Of a DNA stretch of 64,000 nt, positions 20,377-29,856 are shown one piece after another. The stretch comes from an uncultured delta proteobacterium (GTDB taxonomy: Bacteria > Desulfobacterota > Binatia > UBA9968): positions 128,001 to 192,000 of the forward strand of contig CAVSHR010000011.1 of assembly GCA_963727625.1 (NCBI GenBank), written 5' to 3'. The translations under genes and the position numbers were made by a program. The notes below the pieces were generated by a model. The model was not told where the DNA came from. It saw only the letters and a list, made by a program, of their open reading frames with translations, and made no database searches. Positions within the stretch are counted from its first letter, which is position 1. Each line of letters starts with the position of its first letter.

Positions 20377-21552
20377 ATGAGCGGTGCACTGAGCGGAATA
20401 AAAGTCATTGAAGCGGCAAGTTATGTTACCGGGCCATTTGCCTCGCAGCTTCTGGCGGACATGGGCGGGGAAATCATCAAAATAGAAGAACCCAAACAAG
20501 GCGACCCGTTTCGCGGCTGGGGCGAGCGAAATTATGCCGCGACATTTTGCAGTCTCAATCGCAACAAGCGTAGCCTATCTCTCGATTTGCGCAGCGATCA
20601 AGGACGCGATATCGCCCTCAAGCTCGCTGTTGGGGCCGACGTGGTGATCCAAAACTTTCGTCCGGGCGTCATGGAGAAGCGCGGACTCGGCTACGAGGAT
20701 ATCAAAAAATTAAATCCAAAAATTGTTTACTGCTCGATCTCGGGGTTCGGCCCAAACGGACCCTACCGGGATATGCCGGGCTACGATACCGTCGGTCAGG
20801 CCCGTAGCGGCCTGTTAAGCCTTCTCACCGATCCGGGAAAACCTCAGGGTATGGGAATTTCGTTTTCAGATCACTTGACCGGCATGTACGCCTGCTACGG
20901 TGTTCTGAGCGCCCTGGTGAACCGTCTGCTCACAGGCGAGGGGCAGCATATCGAAACCTCTCTGCTGCGCGCGTCGCTGTCTTTTATCAGTGAAAACGCC
21001 GCGCGTTACTTCGAGACCGGCCATGTGCCGCGGCGCAAGGACCGCACCACGACGGCCGGAGTTTTCGCATTCGAGGATCAGGACGGTCTGCCGTTCGTGT
21101 TGCATATGTCGTCGCCCGATAAGTTCTGGCGCAATATGTTCGAAGTGGTTGGTAAGCCGGAATGGAGCGATGATCGGCGCTTCAGCGATCGCAAGGGTCG
21201 AATAGAAAATTATGATGTCTTGGTCGAGCAGCTGCGCCCGATCTTCGGCGCCGGGCGGCGCGCTGACTGGCTGCGCCGGTTGACCGAGAAAGACGTTCCC
21301 GTCGCGCCGATCAACACGCTCGACGAAGTTTTCGCCGACCCGCAGGTGCGCGAGTACGGCTTCCCCATCGAGGTAGAACATGCGAAGATGGGCAAGATGA
21401 AGCTGATCGGTAACGCCGTCGATATGAGCCGGACGCCGCCGAGCATCGACCGGCCGCCGCCGACGTTAGGGGAGCACACGGAAGAAATTCTGACGTCGAT
21501 TGGTTATGAAGCGGCGAAGATCGCCAAACTCCGCGAACAAGGGGTGATCTAG
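20377..21552 (+). CDS. CaiB/BaiF family III CoA-transferase
   Basis: GPFASQLLADMG, NRNKRS, QNFRPG, SISGFG, PPTLGEHT. Confidence 0.93.
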   Translation: MSGALSGIKVIEAASYVTGPFASQLLADMGGEIIKIEEPKQGDPFRGWGERNYAATFCSLNRNKRSLSLDLRSDQGRDIALKLAVGADVVIQNFRPGVMEKRGLGYEDIKKLNPKIVYCSISGFGPNGPYRDMPGYDTVGQARSGLLSLLTDPGKPQGMGISFSDHLTGMYACYGVLSALVNRLLTGEGQHIETSLLRASLSFISENAARYFETGHVPRRKDRTTTAGVFAFEDQDGLPFVLHMSSPDKFWRNMFEVVGKPEWSDDRRFSDRKGRIENYDVLVEQLRPIFGAGRRADWLRRLTEKDVPVAPINTLDEVFADPQVREYGFPIEVEHAKMGKMKLIGNAVDMSRTPPSIDRPPPTLGEHTEEILTSIGYEAAKIAKLREQGVI

Positions 21553-21620
21553 AGAAATTCGGTGTCGCCGTGCGCGAGCAGTGGAAGCCCCGCACCCCAG
21601 CGGTTTGAAGCAGCTGCCTT

Positions 21621-22088
21621 ATGCGTCATCCCAGCTTAGTCTCCCTATCGCACGATCATCACCATGGGTTGGCTCTGGCCTTGCGCTGTCGAAAACAGGC
21701 GTTAGGTCAGTTGAGGCCTATGGGCGCTGCCGGCCTGCGCCAACGCGCCGAGGAAGTTTTGGAGTTTTACGAAAAGAATTTGGTTTGCCACTTTCGCGCT
21801 GAGGAAGAAGTTTTGTTCCCCTCCCTACGAACTTTGGTGCCGCAAAGCGCCGCGCTTATCGACGAGCTGCTGCGCCAGCACGACCACATCCGCCGGGCGA
21901 TGCCCCAACTCGAATCGGGCACGGGCTTGGCGAAACTGATCTTCGATCTAGGCGACCTGATCGAGACTCACATTCGCAAGGAAGAGCGTGAGCTGTTTCC
22001 CATCTTCGAAAAACTCATGGCACCGACTCACGCCGAAGCCATTGGCGCGGAACTTAAGAAAGTTCTCGAGAGCCCAGCCCAGGGATAG
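21621..22088 (+). CDS. Hemerythrin-like domain protein
   Basis: LSHDHHH, HFRAEEEVLFP, HIRKEERELFP. Confidence 0.85.
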   Translation: MRHPSLVSLSHDHHHGLALALRCRKQALGQLRPMGAAGLRQRAEEVLEFYEKNLVCHFRAEEEVLFPSLRTLVPQSAALIDELLRQHDHIRRAMPQLESGTGLAKLIFDLGDLIETHIRKEERELFPIFEKLMAPTHAEAIGAELKKVLESPAQG

Positions 22089-22107
22089 GGCGCGCGGAGA
22101 CTTTTCG

Positions 22108-22461
22108 CTACTCCATGATTTTGAGCAAAACATGGCGGCGATTTTTCGTGTAGGGTCTGACCTGCTTCGGCCATCGGCCATCTTCGATCGCTTTGTCCCA
22201 TGCGGCACTGGTTAACACCTCCGGACTCTCCAATTCATAAATCGCGGTGTAGATCGGCTCGTTGGAAATCTCGATCGTTTTGCGCTCGCCGCCGATGTTC
22301 ATCGTCAGCGTGGCCCGTTTATAGCGGGTGATGCCGACCACGCCGGGCACCTTGCTCAAGTTGGGCACATGCTCCTGGTCGTAGACTTCGTTGAAGATCG
22401 CTTCATGTGTAGGATCCACGTCCATGCTGGCGATCATCAAGTATTTTGCTTTGCCGGCCAT
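22108..22461 (-). CDS. EthD-like dimeric alpha/beta-barrel protein
   Basis: FNEVYDQEHVPNLSKVPGV, YTAIYELES. Confidence 0.7.
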   Translation of the reverse strand: MAGKAKYLMIASMDVDPTHEAIFNEVYDQEHVPNLSKVPGVVGITRYKRATLTMNIGGERKTIEISNEPIYTAIYELESPEVLTSAAWDKAIEDGRWPKQVRPYTKNRRHVLLKIME

Positions 22462-22501
22462 GATGCAATCTCCTCGCGCAATTTTTATTGAAAAGTTGCA
22501 A

Positions 22502-22864
22502 TTACATCCCCAAGAAGGCCGAAATCTCCGGTGCGGGGGATTTTATTTCGACGACTATAGATTCTTCGATGCCCTCGACCCCATGGGGCACGCCCTTCGG
22601 ATGGCGGCATACATCGCCGGGCCCGAGGATGTACTCTTCTTTTCCGACGGTCATTTTGACTTTGCCTTTTACCACGTAGGCCAGTGATTCGTGCGAGTGC
22701 ACGTGCAGCGGGGCGCCCACACCCGGTGTGTAGTGAATTTCCAAAAAAGTCATTTCGTCGCCCTTGATCAACGGCTTGACGATCAGATCGCCGCCAAACA
22801 TCGGTTTGCCTTCGATGGACTTGACGACGATGCCTTTGACGTCGGAGTTTCTTGACAAAATCAT
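22502..22864 (-). CDS. Cupin domain protein
   Basis: PLHVHSHESLAYVVKG...GVPHG; start moved to ATG 22864 (AGGAG RBS). Confidence 0.88.
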   Translation of the reverse strand: MILSRNSDVKGIVVKSIEGKPMFGGDLIVKPLIKGDEMTFLEIHYTPGVGAPLHVHSHESLAYVVKGKVKMTVGKEEYILGPGDVCRHPKGVPHGVEGIEESIVVEIKSPAPEISAFLGM

Positions 22865-23062
22865 CCTGCGCTCCTGGTTGCGACGATTGCGGAACAATTG
22901 AGCGTCGCAGCAAAAAATCTTCTTGAGTCTAACGACGCGTACCGAGGATGTCAATCCAACTTTAAGAATCTATGGCAGCAGCTTTTAATGTATCCGTTGT
23001 CGCTACGGATGATGCGAGGAATGATGGCCGCGCGAAATTTCTTAGGCGCGGCGGATGGATCA

Positions 23063-23346
23063 ATGACGATCCTGGGTTTTATCATCGCTTTGTTGCTGTC
23101 GGGTTTGGCGCTGGAGTGGCGGCCTCGCCTGTTATTTTATCATCCCCAATTTGATACGCTTCTGGCTATTCTCGATGTGGTGGGTATCGCCCTGAACCGC
23201 AATTCGTCCTGGGGCTGGTTTCTGCTTTTTTTCCGTGCGTTTATATCGCTTGTGTCGCCGAGAGTTTGATCAGGACGCTTTTGGGTTGTTTGTTGTTGAG
23301 CGGTGGCGTCACGTTCGTGACCTATTCCGCCGGCAAGGGTTTCTGA
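23063..23346 (+). pseudogene. Possible small membrane protein frameshifted at a T7 tract
   Basis: Hydrophobic ORF MTILGFIIALLL...; adding one T at 23226-23232 continues into FPCVYIACVAESLIRTLLGCLLLSGGVTFVTYSAGKGF*. Confidence 0.3.
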
Positions 23347-23540
23347 TAGGATAGCGCGGCGCTGCTTAGGATTTCATTTCTTTGCCGTTTATTTGAATGC
23401 GAGGTTTGACTTGTTCGTCGCGCAATCTAGCAAAATTTTTGTTTTGTTTCGATTGGGCTGCGTGATCGGTCGGACGGGGGTAAACGAGTGGAAGTATTTG
23501 TTTCCGCGGTGCAGATTTAGCGGGAGTGAGAGTTGCGTCT

Positions 23541-24521
23541 ATGAATATTGACATCCATTCGCATTTTTTTCCCATCGAAGCGTTGCAAAATCCTGGTAAA
23601 TTCGAGGAACGAGCGCCGAAGCTAACGCTTGATCAAGGCAGGCTGTCGGTAAAATCTCAGATCGGCGTGAGAGCCGGCCTTGGAGCGGGAGCGTACGATC
23701 CGATAGCCAGGATCAGGGCGCTCGATGAGATGAACATCGACGTGCAGGCGATCTCGCCATCGCCGATTCTATTGTTTTATTGGGAAGAGCCCGCCGTTGC
23801 CGCGCACTTCTCGCGCAAACAAAACGAGGCGATTTATAACGTCGTCCGAAAGCATCCGGAACGGTTTGTCGGGTTCGGCAGCGTGCCCCTGCAAAGTATC
23901 CCCGATTCAATCGCGATCGCGGAAGAGGCAAATAACATGGGGCTTAAGGGTCTCGAGATCGGTAACGCCGTCGGCGAGCGACCGCTCGACGATTCGCTGT
24001 TTGAACCGTTTTTCGAGGCGGCGCAAGCACTCGGCCTTTTGCTGTTCGTTCATCCCCTCGAGGGCGGTGTCGACGCCGGCGATCCGCTTGCCGGAGTCCT
24101 CGGCAATGTTCTGCAATTCACTTTTCGAACGACAATGATGGTCGAACGCATGATCGTCAAGGGCATGTTTGACAAATATCCGAACTTGCGGCTCTGTTTG
24201 TCCCACGGCGGCGGCTTGCTGGCATTCAATATCTGGCGCCTCGATCATTCCTACAGTATGCGTGCCGACCTGAAAAAGACCATGTCGCGGAAACCTTCCG
24301 AATATCTGAAAATGCTCTATTTCGATTCGATCGTTCATTCCGTCGCAGCCTTGCAGTATTTGGTCGAGGTAGTTGGCGCGGACCGTGTTGTCGTGGGCAC
24401 GGATTATCCGATGTCGATGGGTGATTTTCAATCGGTCGACAAAGTCGGGCAGCTCGCAATTGCGGAGGAATCGCGAAAACAGATACTCGGCGGCAACGCG
24501 ACGAAGGCGCTCAATCTTTAG
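23541..24521 (+). CDS. Amidohydrolase-2 family protein (ACMSD-like decarboxylase)
   Basis: DIHSH, LFVHP, SHGGG, YFDSIV, VGTDYP. Confidence 0.9.
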   Translation: MNIDIHSHFFPIEALQNPGKFEERAPKLTLDQGRLSVKSQIGVRAGLGAGAYDPIARIRALDEMNIDVQAISPSPILLFYWEEPAVAAHFSRKQNEAIYNVVRKHPERFVGFGSVPLQSIPDSIAIAEEANNMGLKGLEIGNAVGERPLDDSLFEPFFEAAQALGLLLFVHPLEGGVDAGDPLAGVLGNVLQFTFRTTMMVERMIVKGMFDKYPNLRLCLSHGGGLLAFNIWRLDHSYSMRADLKKTMSRKPSEYLKMLYFDSIVHSVAALQYLVEVVGADRVVVGTDYPMSMGDFQSVDKVGQLAIAEESRKQILGGNATKALNL

Positions 24522-24563
24522 GGTTAGAAAGTATCCCGTCGCACCGGCGAGCAGGCTTTCCAA

Positions 24564-25607
24564 TCACTCTATCCGGTAAAACCTTTTTGCATTGTCGCAA
24601 AGTATCTTTTGCTTGGCGCTGTCGGAAAGCTCCGGGCGGGCGAGCAGCTCGGGAATGTCTTTCAAAAATTCCCCGTAAACTCGCTCGTGCGGATAGTCTG
24701 ACGGGAACATAATACGGTCCTCGCCTATAACCTGAGTGACGTAGGCCAGCGAGGTTTCCTCCGGTTCGCAGGTGACGTAGACGGGGCAGTGCTTGATGTA
24801 GTCGCTGGGTTTTTTCTTCATATCGGGGAACGAGCGGCCGCCGCGGGTTTCGTATTCATAATCCAGCCGGTCCATCATGTAAGGCAGCCAACCGCAACCG
24901 GCTTCAAGAAACGCGATCTTCAGTTTGGGAAACTTTTCCAACACGCCGTCGCAAACTATGCTGGTAAATTGGATCATCAGCGGAAATGGATGCTCGAGCG
25001 CGTGGACCTGTCCCTGATCTTCGAAATAGTCAAAGCCGAAACCGCGGCTCGGCGCACCGTGGACTCCGAGCGGCACGCCGAGCTCTTCGGCGGCTCGAAA
25101 GATCGGGTGAAAGTCCGGATGGCCGTAAGCTTTGTTCATCACCGTCGCGGACGGAAGAAAGGCGCCGACCATGCCGAGCTTTTCCACCGCATAGTGCAGT
25201 TCGTCGACGGCGCCCAAGGGATCTTGGATCGGCAGGACAGCGACGCCTTTAAGACGCGAGTCTTTTTTGATGTAGCGAGCGTGAAACCAGTTGTTGTAGG
25301 CGCGTGAAACCGAACCGGCCCAATTTGGGTCCTGCACCAAGCCGATGGCCAGAGCGGCGGTGGGATAAAGCACCGTGCTGTCGAGGCCCATGTTATCGAC
25401 GAACTTGATCACGTCTTCGGGTTGCGTTTCGGTTACTTTATCGGGGCGTCCGGCGCCCAAGCCACGCGGCCAACCGTCGAGCGAAGGAAACAAAGCGTAC
25501 GCCCGGGCCCGCCGCATACCGTGAAATTTGCCTTCAAAGTATTCTTCGATCTCCTCAGGGTTCTCGTAGATATGGCCGTCGGCGTCAATGACTTTGGGTT
25601 TTTGCAT
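24564..25607 (-). CDS. Amidohydrolase-2 family protein
   Basis: IDADGH, RAYNNW, FLEAGCGWLP, FPSDYPH. Confidence 0.9.
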   Translation of the reverse strand: MQKPKVIDADGHIYENPEEIEEYFEGKFHGMRRARAYALFPSLDGWPRGLGAGRPDKVTETQPEDVIKFVDNMGLDSTVLYPTAALAIGLVQDPNWAGSVSRAYNNWFHARYIKKDSRLKGVAVLPIQDPLGAVDELHYAVEKLGMVGAFLPSATVMNKAYGHPDFHPIFRAAEELGVPLGVHGAPSRGFGFDYFEDQGQVHALEHPFPLMIQFTSIVCDGVLEKFPKLKIAFLEAGCGWLPYMMDRLDYEYETRGGRSFPDMKKKPSDYIKHCPVYVTCEPEETSLAYVTQVIGEDRIMFPSDYPHERVYGEFLKDIPELLARPELSDSAKQKILCDNAKRFYRIE

Positions 25608-25900
25608 AAGTTCCCCTTTCAAAATCTCCAGCACGAATTATGCACTCTTAACTAAGCCGTGACGTGATTTTCTGTCAAGGTGGAATTTTCATGGCCGCGA
25701 TTGGCTATTATCGAGCGGCACAGGCGATCGCGAATACTGGCCGGTTTACGCTGAGGCGGATAGGGTCGGCTGTGCCATCGGCATCCATGGCGGCGCGCAT
25801 CCCGATAGAAAGGATGTTCGACATCGGATAGCTTCACACTCCCTGCCCGGTTTTGCTGCGCCCCGAGCCGAGTCATCTTGTGCGCGCGGAGAGGGCCCAG

Positions 25901-26809
25901 TTATGTCGGTTCTTCTTGGATACGGCCGACTACCGGACCCCAAGCTTTGACCTTGCTCTCGCTTTGGATTTTGTCGCCTTCGAATTGGGCAAGCCGGCGG
26001 GTTTTTTCCTGAAGTTCCTTGTTTAGGTTTTCGCACTCTGTAGAGAGGCGTTTGATCAGTTTGCCGATCTCGACCTCCTTGGCTGCGGTGGCCTGAATCA
26101 GAGACTCTTTATGCTTTATCGTCGCTTCTTGTTGCTCCAAGCGGATCGCATTGTCGCGCGCAGCATTTTCCAATTCGTTAATTTTTGTATGAAAATCGGT
26201 TTCCAAATTGTGCAGTGCGTTGTTCTTGGCTTGAACCATTGCATCCCGCTTGGCAAGTTGCGCTTTTAACGCCGCAATTTCTTGGGTAAGGGGCTCGACA
26301 TTTAACTGGGCGCAGTTTTCGTTAGATTGGTCGCCTCGATCCGGCTCCTGTTTGCGCCTTAAGAATGAAGTCACCTCGGTCGTGAGGTTTAGGAGCTCCT
26401 GTTCGCGCTGGCTAAGCTGAATTTCCTTTTCGCGCAAGCGCTTTTCCATCTCCGCAAGCTGCGCCTTTGTTGTCTTTTCCAAGACAGCGTACGCGATAGT
26501 GCGTTCTTGTAGTGCCGCTTTGCTCTGTTCGAGCTGGCGGCGTAGATTTATCAGTTCGGTCTGGTGCGTTTCTTCGAATCGTTGAGCCCACTCAGTCTGG
26601 TTAATTGCGTTCTGATAGGCCCGGTCGGCGAAGGTGTTGATTTTGTCGATGTAATCAAACAATTGGTTGGCCTGGATTTCTATATCAAGGATACTATTGG
26701 CATCGGCTAGCGATGATGATTGATCTTCGGTGGAGCCTTGCTCACGCTCCACTGCGTGACAGGCAGCATCCTGCTGGATAGTTTCGGGTATGTGTTGTTC
26801 ATCCTGCAT
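25901..26809 (-). CDS. Long coiled-coil protein, unknown function
   Basis: 302-aa E/Q/K/L-rich heptad sequence; GGGGA RBS; sigma-54 promoter upstream. Confidence 0.75.
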   Translation of the reverse strand: MQDEQHIPETIQQDAACHAVEREQGSTEDQSSSLADANSILDIEIQANQLFDYIDKINTFADRAYQNAINQTEWAQRFEETHQTELINLRRQLEQSKAALQERTIAYAVLEKTTKAQLAEMEKRLREKEIQLSQREQELLNLTTEVTSFLRRKQEPDRGDQSNENCAQLNVEPLTQEIAALKAQLAKRDAMVQAKNNALHNLETDFHTKINELENAARDNAIRLEQQEATIKHKESLIQATAAKEVEIGKLIKRLSTECENLNKELQEKTRRLAQFEGDKIQSESKVKAWGPVVGRIQEEPT

Positions 26810-26865
26810 TAGTCCGAATCCCCTTGGCTGCGTCAGTTCCCCAGGTTGATACCAGATAAAGTTTG

Positions 26866-26881
26866 AGCAATTCTCATTCCA
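26866..26881 (-). promoter_or_regulatory. Sigma-54 promoter of the coiled-coil gene
   Basis: Reverse complement TGGAATGAGAATTGCT (GG-N10-GC); IHF-like TTTCAATGACTTA at ~26908-26920. Confidence 0.65.
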
Positions 26882-27216
26882 CTGTGTTCTCCATGGGACT
26901 GTTTGCTTAAGTCATTGAAATCTATATCGAAAGTGAGCTCACGCTAGAGTTTTTAATGGGTCTGTGGCAGAATGAGGCCGTCCAATATTGTCCAGTGAGG
27001 TCAGATGATGTTGTCCGGCAATGGGATAAGGGTGCCGGCTCATTCAAGATGGAGGCTTACAGGATCGTAAATGTCCGGATTGAAATGCATCGTTGATCAA
27101 AGGTAAAACTTCATTTGTGCATCGAATCCCGCTCTCCTCTCCCTTTAGCCCCTTTACCGTCCTTGCTCGATCGTGCTAGTTTCCGATGCAAATGCCACAA
27201 TTGCGAGGAATACAAC

Positions 27217-27975
27217 ATGCGGATTATCGAGAAATCTTTCAGCACCAGAAAACATGGAATCGCAGGATTTTTATCCTATCCGGAGCGCGCAGAGCCGGGC
27301 CCGGCGCTGTACTTGATCCATCCCAAAGGCGGCCTCGGCGAGTACATCAAAACGGAGACCCGAAAGTTCGCCAAGCTCGGTTACACGACTTTCGCCATCA
27401 ACGTTTTTGAGCAGCTCGGTTATCCCGAGCCGACCCATATCGTCGCGGGATCGCAAATTCAGGCCAAGACCCCTGACCCCGAATTTACCCGTGTGTTGAC
27501 TGAAGGCTGGCGCTTTTTGCTCAAACAATCCACGGTCAACCAGGAGCGGGTGGCGGTTTGCGGTTATTGTATGGGCGGGCGTATCGCAATTCACTTCGTG
27601 GCGGCGACGCCGGAGGTGCGAGCGTTTGTGGGCTACTATCCCACCGTTCGCGCCGAGCCGGATTCACCGCTGAGGCCGGTCCATCCTTCGGTCAGCGCGC
27701 GAAAGATTCGCTGCCCGTCGATCAATTTGTACGGTGCCGATGATGTCACCACCGTGGTGCCGGTACAGGAGCAGATGTGGCAGGCGTTCAAAGAGAACGG
27801 CCAACCGCTGGAATGGCATTTCTTCCCGTTCGGCGGGCATGGTTACGTCGACCCGGGAGCGCCGGGTTATAACGCCCACACCGCTGAACTTTCGTGGCCC
27901 CTGGTTGTTGATTTTTTGGAGAGGCATTTGGAATGGTCTTCGCCCGAGTGCGAAAATCCAAACTTGCCCGCTTGA
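27217..27975 (+). CDS. Dienelactone hydrolase family protein
   Basis: GYCMGG, YGADD, GGHGY; start moved to ATG 27217. Confidence 0.88.
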   Translation: MRIIEKSFSTRKHGIAGFLSYPERAEPGPALYLIHPKGGLGEYIKTETRKFAKLGYTTFAINVFEQLGYPEPTHIVAGSQIQAKTPDPEFTRVLTEGWRFLLKQSTVNQERVAVCGYCMGGRIAIHFVAATPEVRAFVGYYPTVRAEPDSPLRPVHPSVSARKIRCPSINLYGADDVTTVVPVQEQMWQAFKENGQPLEWHFFPFGGHGYVDPGAPGYNAHTAELSWPLVVDFLERHLEWSSPECENPNLPA

Positions 27976-27995
27976 ACGGCGCGAAGATCCGAAAA

Positions 27996-28038
27996 CAAAA
28001 AAAACGCCACCTGCGAATACAAACGTAGGTGGCGTTTT
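27996..28038. terminator. Bidirectional intrinsic terminator
   Basis: A-tract + AAAACGCCACCTGCG / CGTAGGTGGCGTTTT between convergent genes. Confidence 0.8.
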
Positions 28039-28124
28039 GCTTGGGCTGCTCTAATATCGTCGGAATCAGCTTATTTTAAGCTCCTAACAGAAGACTGCTA
28101 TGCCAGCTTTTGCGAAAACCTTCG

Positions 28125-28382
28125 CTATTCGCTTCCTCTCAGTGTGCTCTTGAAGCCGTCGATCGTGAGCTTGCCGGTGACGATGCGCTCGAAGTCCGAG
28201 CTGCTAACGTAATGATTTAATTCGGGCATCTCGACGTCCCAGTGAAAAATTTCTCCGATGGACGGGAGCGCGCCGGGCAACTTCGGGTCCTCGTGCGAGA
28301 TCGAGATATCCTGGCCGCGGTAAATGCCGCGCACAGTGGCGTGGCTTTTTCGGCACCAATCTAACACGTCCGCAAAGGTCAT
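28125..28382 (-). CDS. Hypothetical protein
   Basis: 85-aa ORF starting 2 nt after the cupin stop; protein-like composition. Confidence 0.65.
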   Translation of the reverse strand: MTFADVLDWCRKSHATVRGIYRGQDISISHEDPKLPGALPSIGEIFHWDVEMPELNHYVSSSDFERIVTGKLTIDGFKSTLRGSE

Positions 28383-28384
28383 GA

Positions 28385-28816
28385 CTATTCCGCTTTCGCC
28401 GCAACCGGATTGAGCAAGTGCTCCTTCAGGCTGGTGTGGACGCCGTAAATCACCTTACCGATTTTTGGTCGCGGTTTAGGTTCGGTGCTCACCTGATAAA
28501 GGACCAATCGTTTCGTGCCGGTATTGTTGAGCTGATAGAAGAATCCCGCGGGAACATGCACAGCTTGGTGTTGCTTCAGGACAAACACTTCGCCTTCTTT
28601 GAGACCCTTCATGGTGCATTCCCCTTGGACTACGAAAAAGGTGTGATCGGAGCCGGGATGGCAGTGAAGTTCATCGTTGACGCCGGGCTCGTAGCTGTTA
28701 AGCGCGATGTGGACGCGGTCGGTCTGAGTCGGGCGCGCGTAATTGCGGCCCGTCGGCCGCCCCCACTGCGCCTCCTTCTCGACGTCCACCACGGTAATCT
28801 TGCTGATTTTGGCCAT
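28385..28816 (-). CDS. Cupin domain protein
   Basis: ELHCHPGSDHTFFVVQG...VHVPAG; GAGGAG RBS before ATG 28816. Confidence 0.85.
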   Translation of the reverse strand: MAKISKITVVDVEKEAQWGRPTGRNYARPTQTDRVHIALNSYEPGVNDELHCHPGSDHTFFVVQGECTMKGLKEGEVFVLKQHQAVHVPAGFFYQLNNTGTKRLVLYQVSTEPKPRPKIGKVIYGVHTSLKEHLLNPVAAKAE

Positions 28817-29649
28817 TATGTCTCTCCTCGGTAAGTTGCTTAATTTGAGATTCTGGACAGGAGTAACATTACAGGAATTAGCGGCCAGAAGACAAGGGCG
28901 GAGTGGCGGCGGCCAGTGGACGCATTGACAAGCGCGACTTGGCTGCGTTGAAGGGGGCTCAATGCAACGCTGAAATAGGACGAGGGGTCCCATTCATATT
29001 TTACTGCGTGAAGTGCAAATCCGTTGGTTGTCGATTGTTATAATCGTATGGAGACCGCAACTGTTACAGTATCGACGGGCCTCGGCTCAAGAAGCTAAAG
29101 CGCTTAATTTTGAACTCGCTCAAGCGCAGCGTGTTGTAATGTCTCCGGTATTCCACAATCAATAAGAGCATGTTGCAATCGGTTTCAACAATATGGAGAG
29201 GGCAGCCAAAACCTACTCCACGGAAGGAGATATGCGGACGATGGCTGCTCGATATCCGAGCAAGCTTGTGCAACGCGATGGCGGACGGCGGGGATTGCGC
29301 GGTTGAGCATGCTCAAGCAAGGGGGTCTCAGCACCTGCCGAACGAGTCTCTGGTTGGCGCCACGGCGGAATCATCTGCGCTCCAACGAAACGCCCTCAGG
29401 CAGATGATTTTGCCGGATAGGCGGTTCTGGATTATTATGTTATTTGTTATATTTAAGTAAGTTTCATGTTTTATCTAGAATATGCTTAATAAGTCGGTGG
29501 TAACTTCTGGGCTAATTCGCCAATAAAATTTGTAAATGGCTAGAATAGAAGGCGAATCGCGGTTGTTAGAACTTGATGGGTGTCCCATGGCCATTGATCT
29601 CCAAGGTTCGAGTGATATCGGTAAGGCTCGACAACCAAGGGAGGTATCT

Positions 29650-29715
29650 ATGGCAGCAAAGATCGACTGCATGACCTGTCGGAAACGACCGCGGAAAAAA
29701 AACCAGAGCAAATAA
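29650..29715 (+). CDS. Candidate 21-aa basic CxxC peptide (MAAKIDCMTCRKRPRKKNQSK)
   Basis: GGGAGGT RBS 4 nt before ATG; followed by a bidirectional terminator; too short for the ORF track. Confidence 0.45.
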   Translation: MAAKIDCMTCRKRPRKKNQSK

Positions 29716-29784
29716 TTTGTCCGAGCGTTATGTCAATTTAGCGTCGTAATCATCACAACTCTATTCGCGCTTAGGAGCATTGGT

Positions 29785-29827
29785 AGACAAAAAGGCCTGC
29801 GTCTTGAAAACGCAGGCCTTTTTGTCT
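29785..29827. terminator. Bidirectional intrinsic terminator
   Basis: Perfect 18-bp IR AGACAAAAAGGCCTGCGT / ACGCAGGCCTTTTTGTCT. Confidence 0.88.
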
Positions 29828-29856
29828 TATCGGCTTTGTAACGGTCAGCGGAAGAA

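Noticed and set aside
29170-29460. 96-aa ORF and a nested 24-aa ORF
   Set aside because: No motifs, poor RBS spacing and atypical composition; not supportable as CDS
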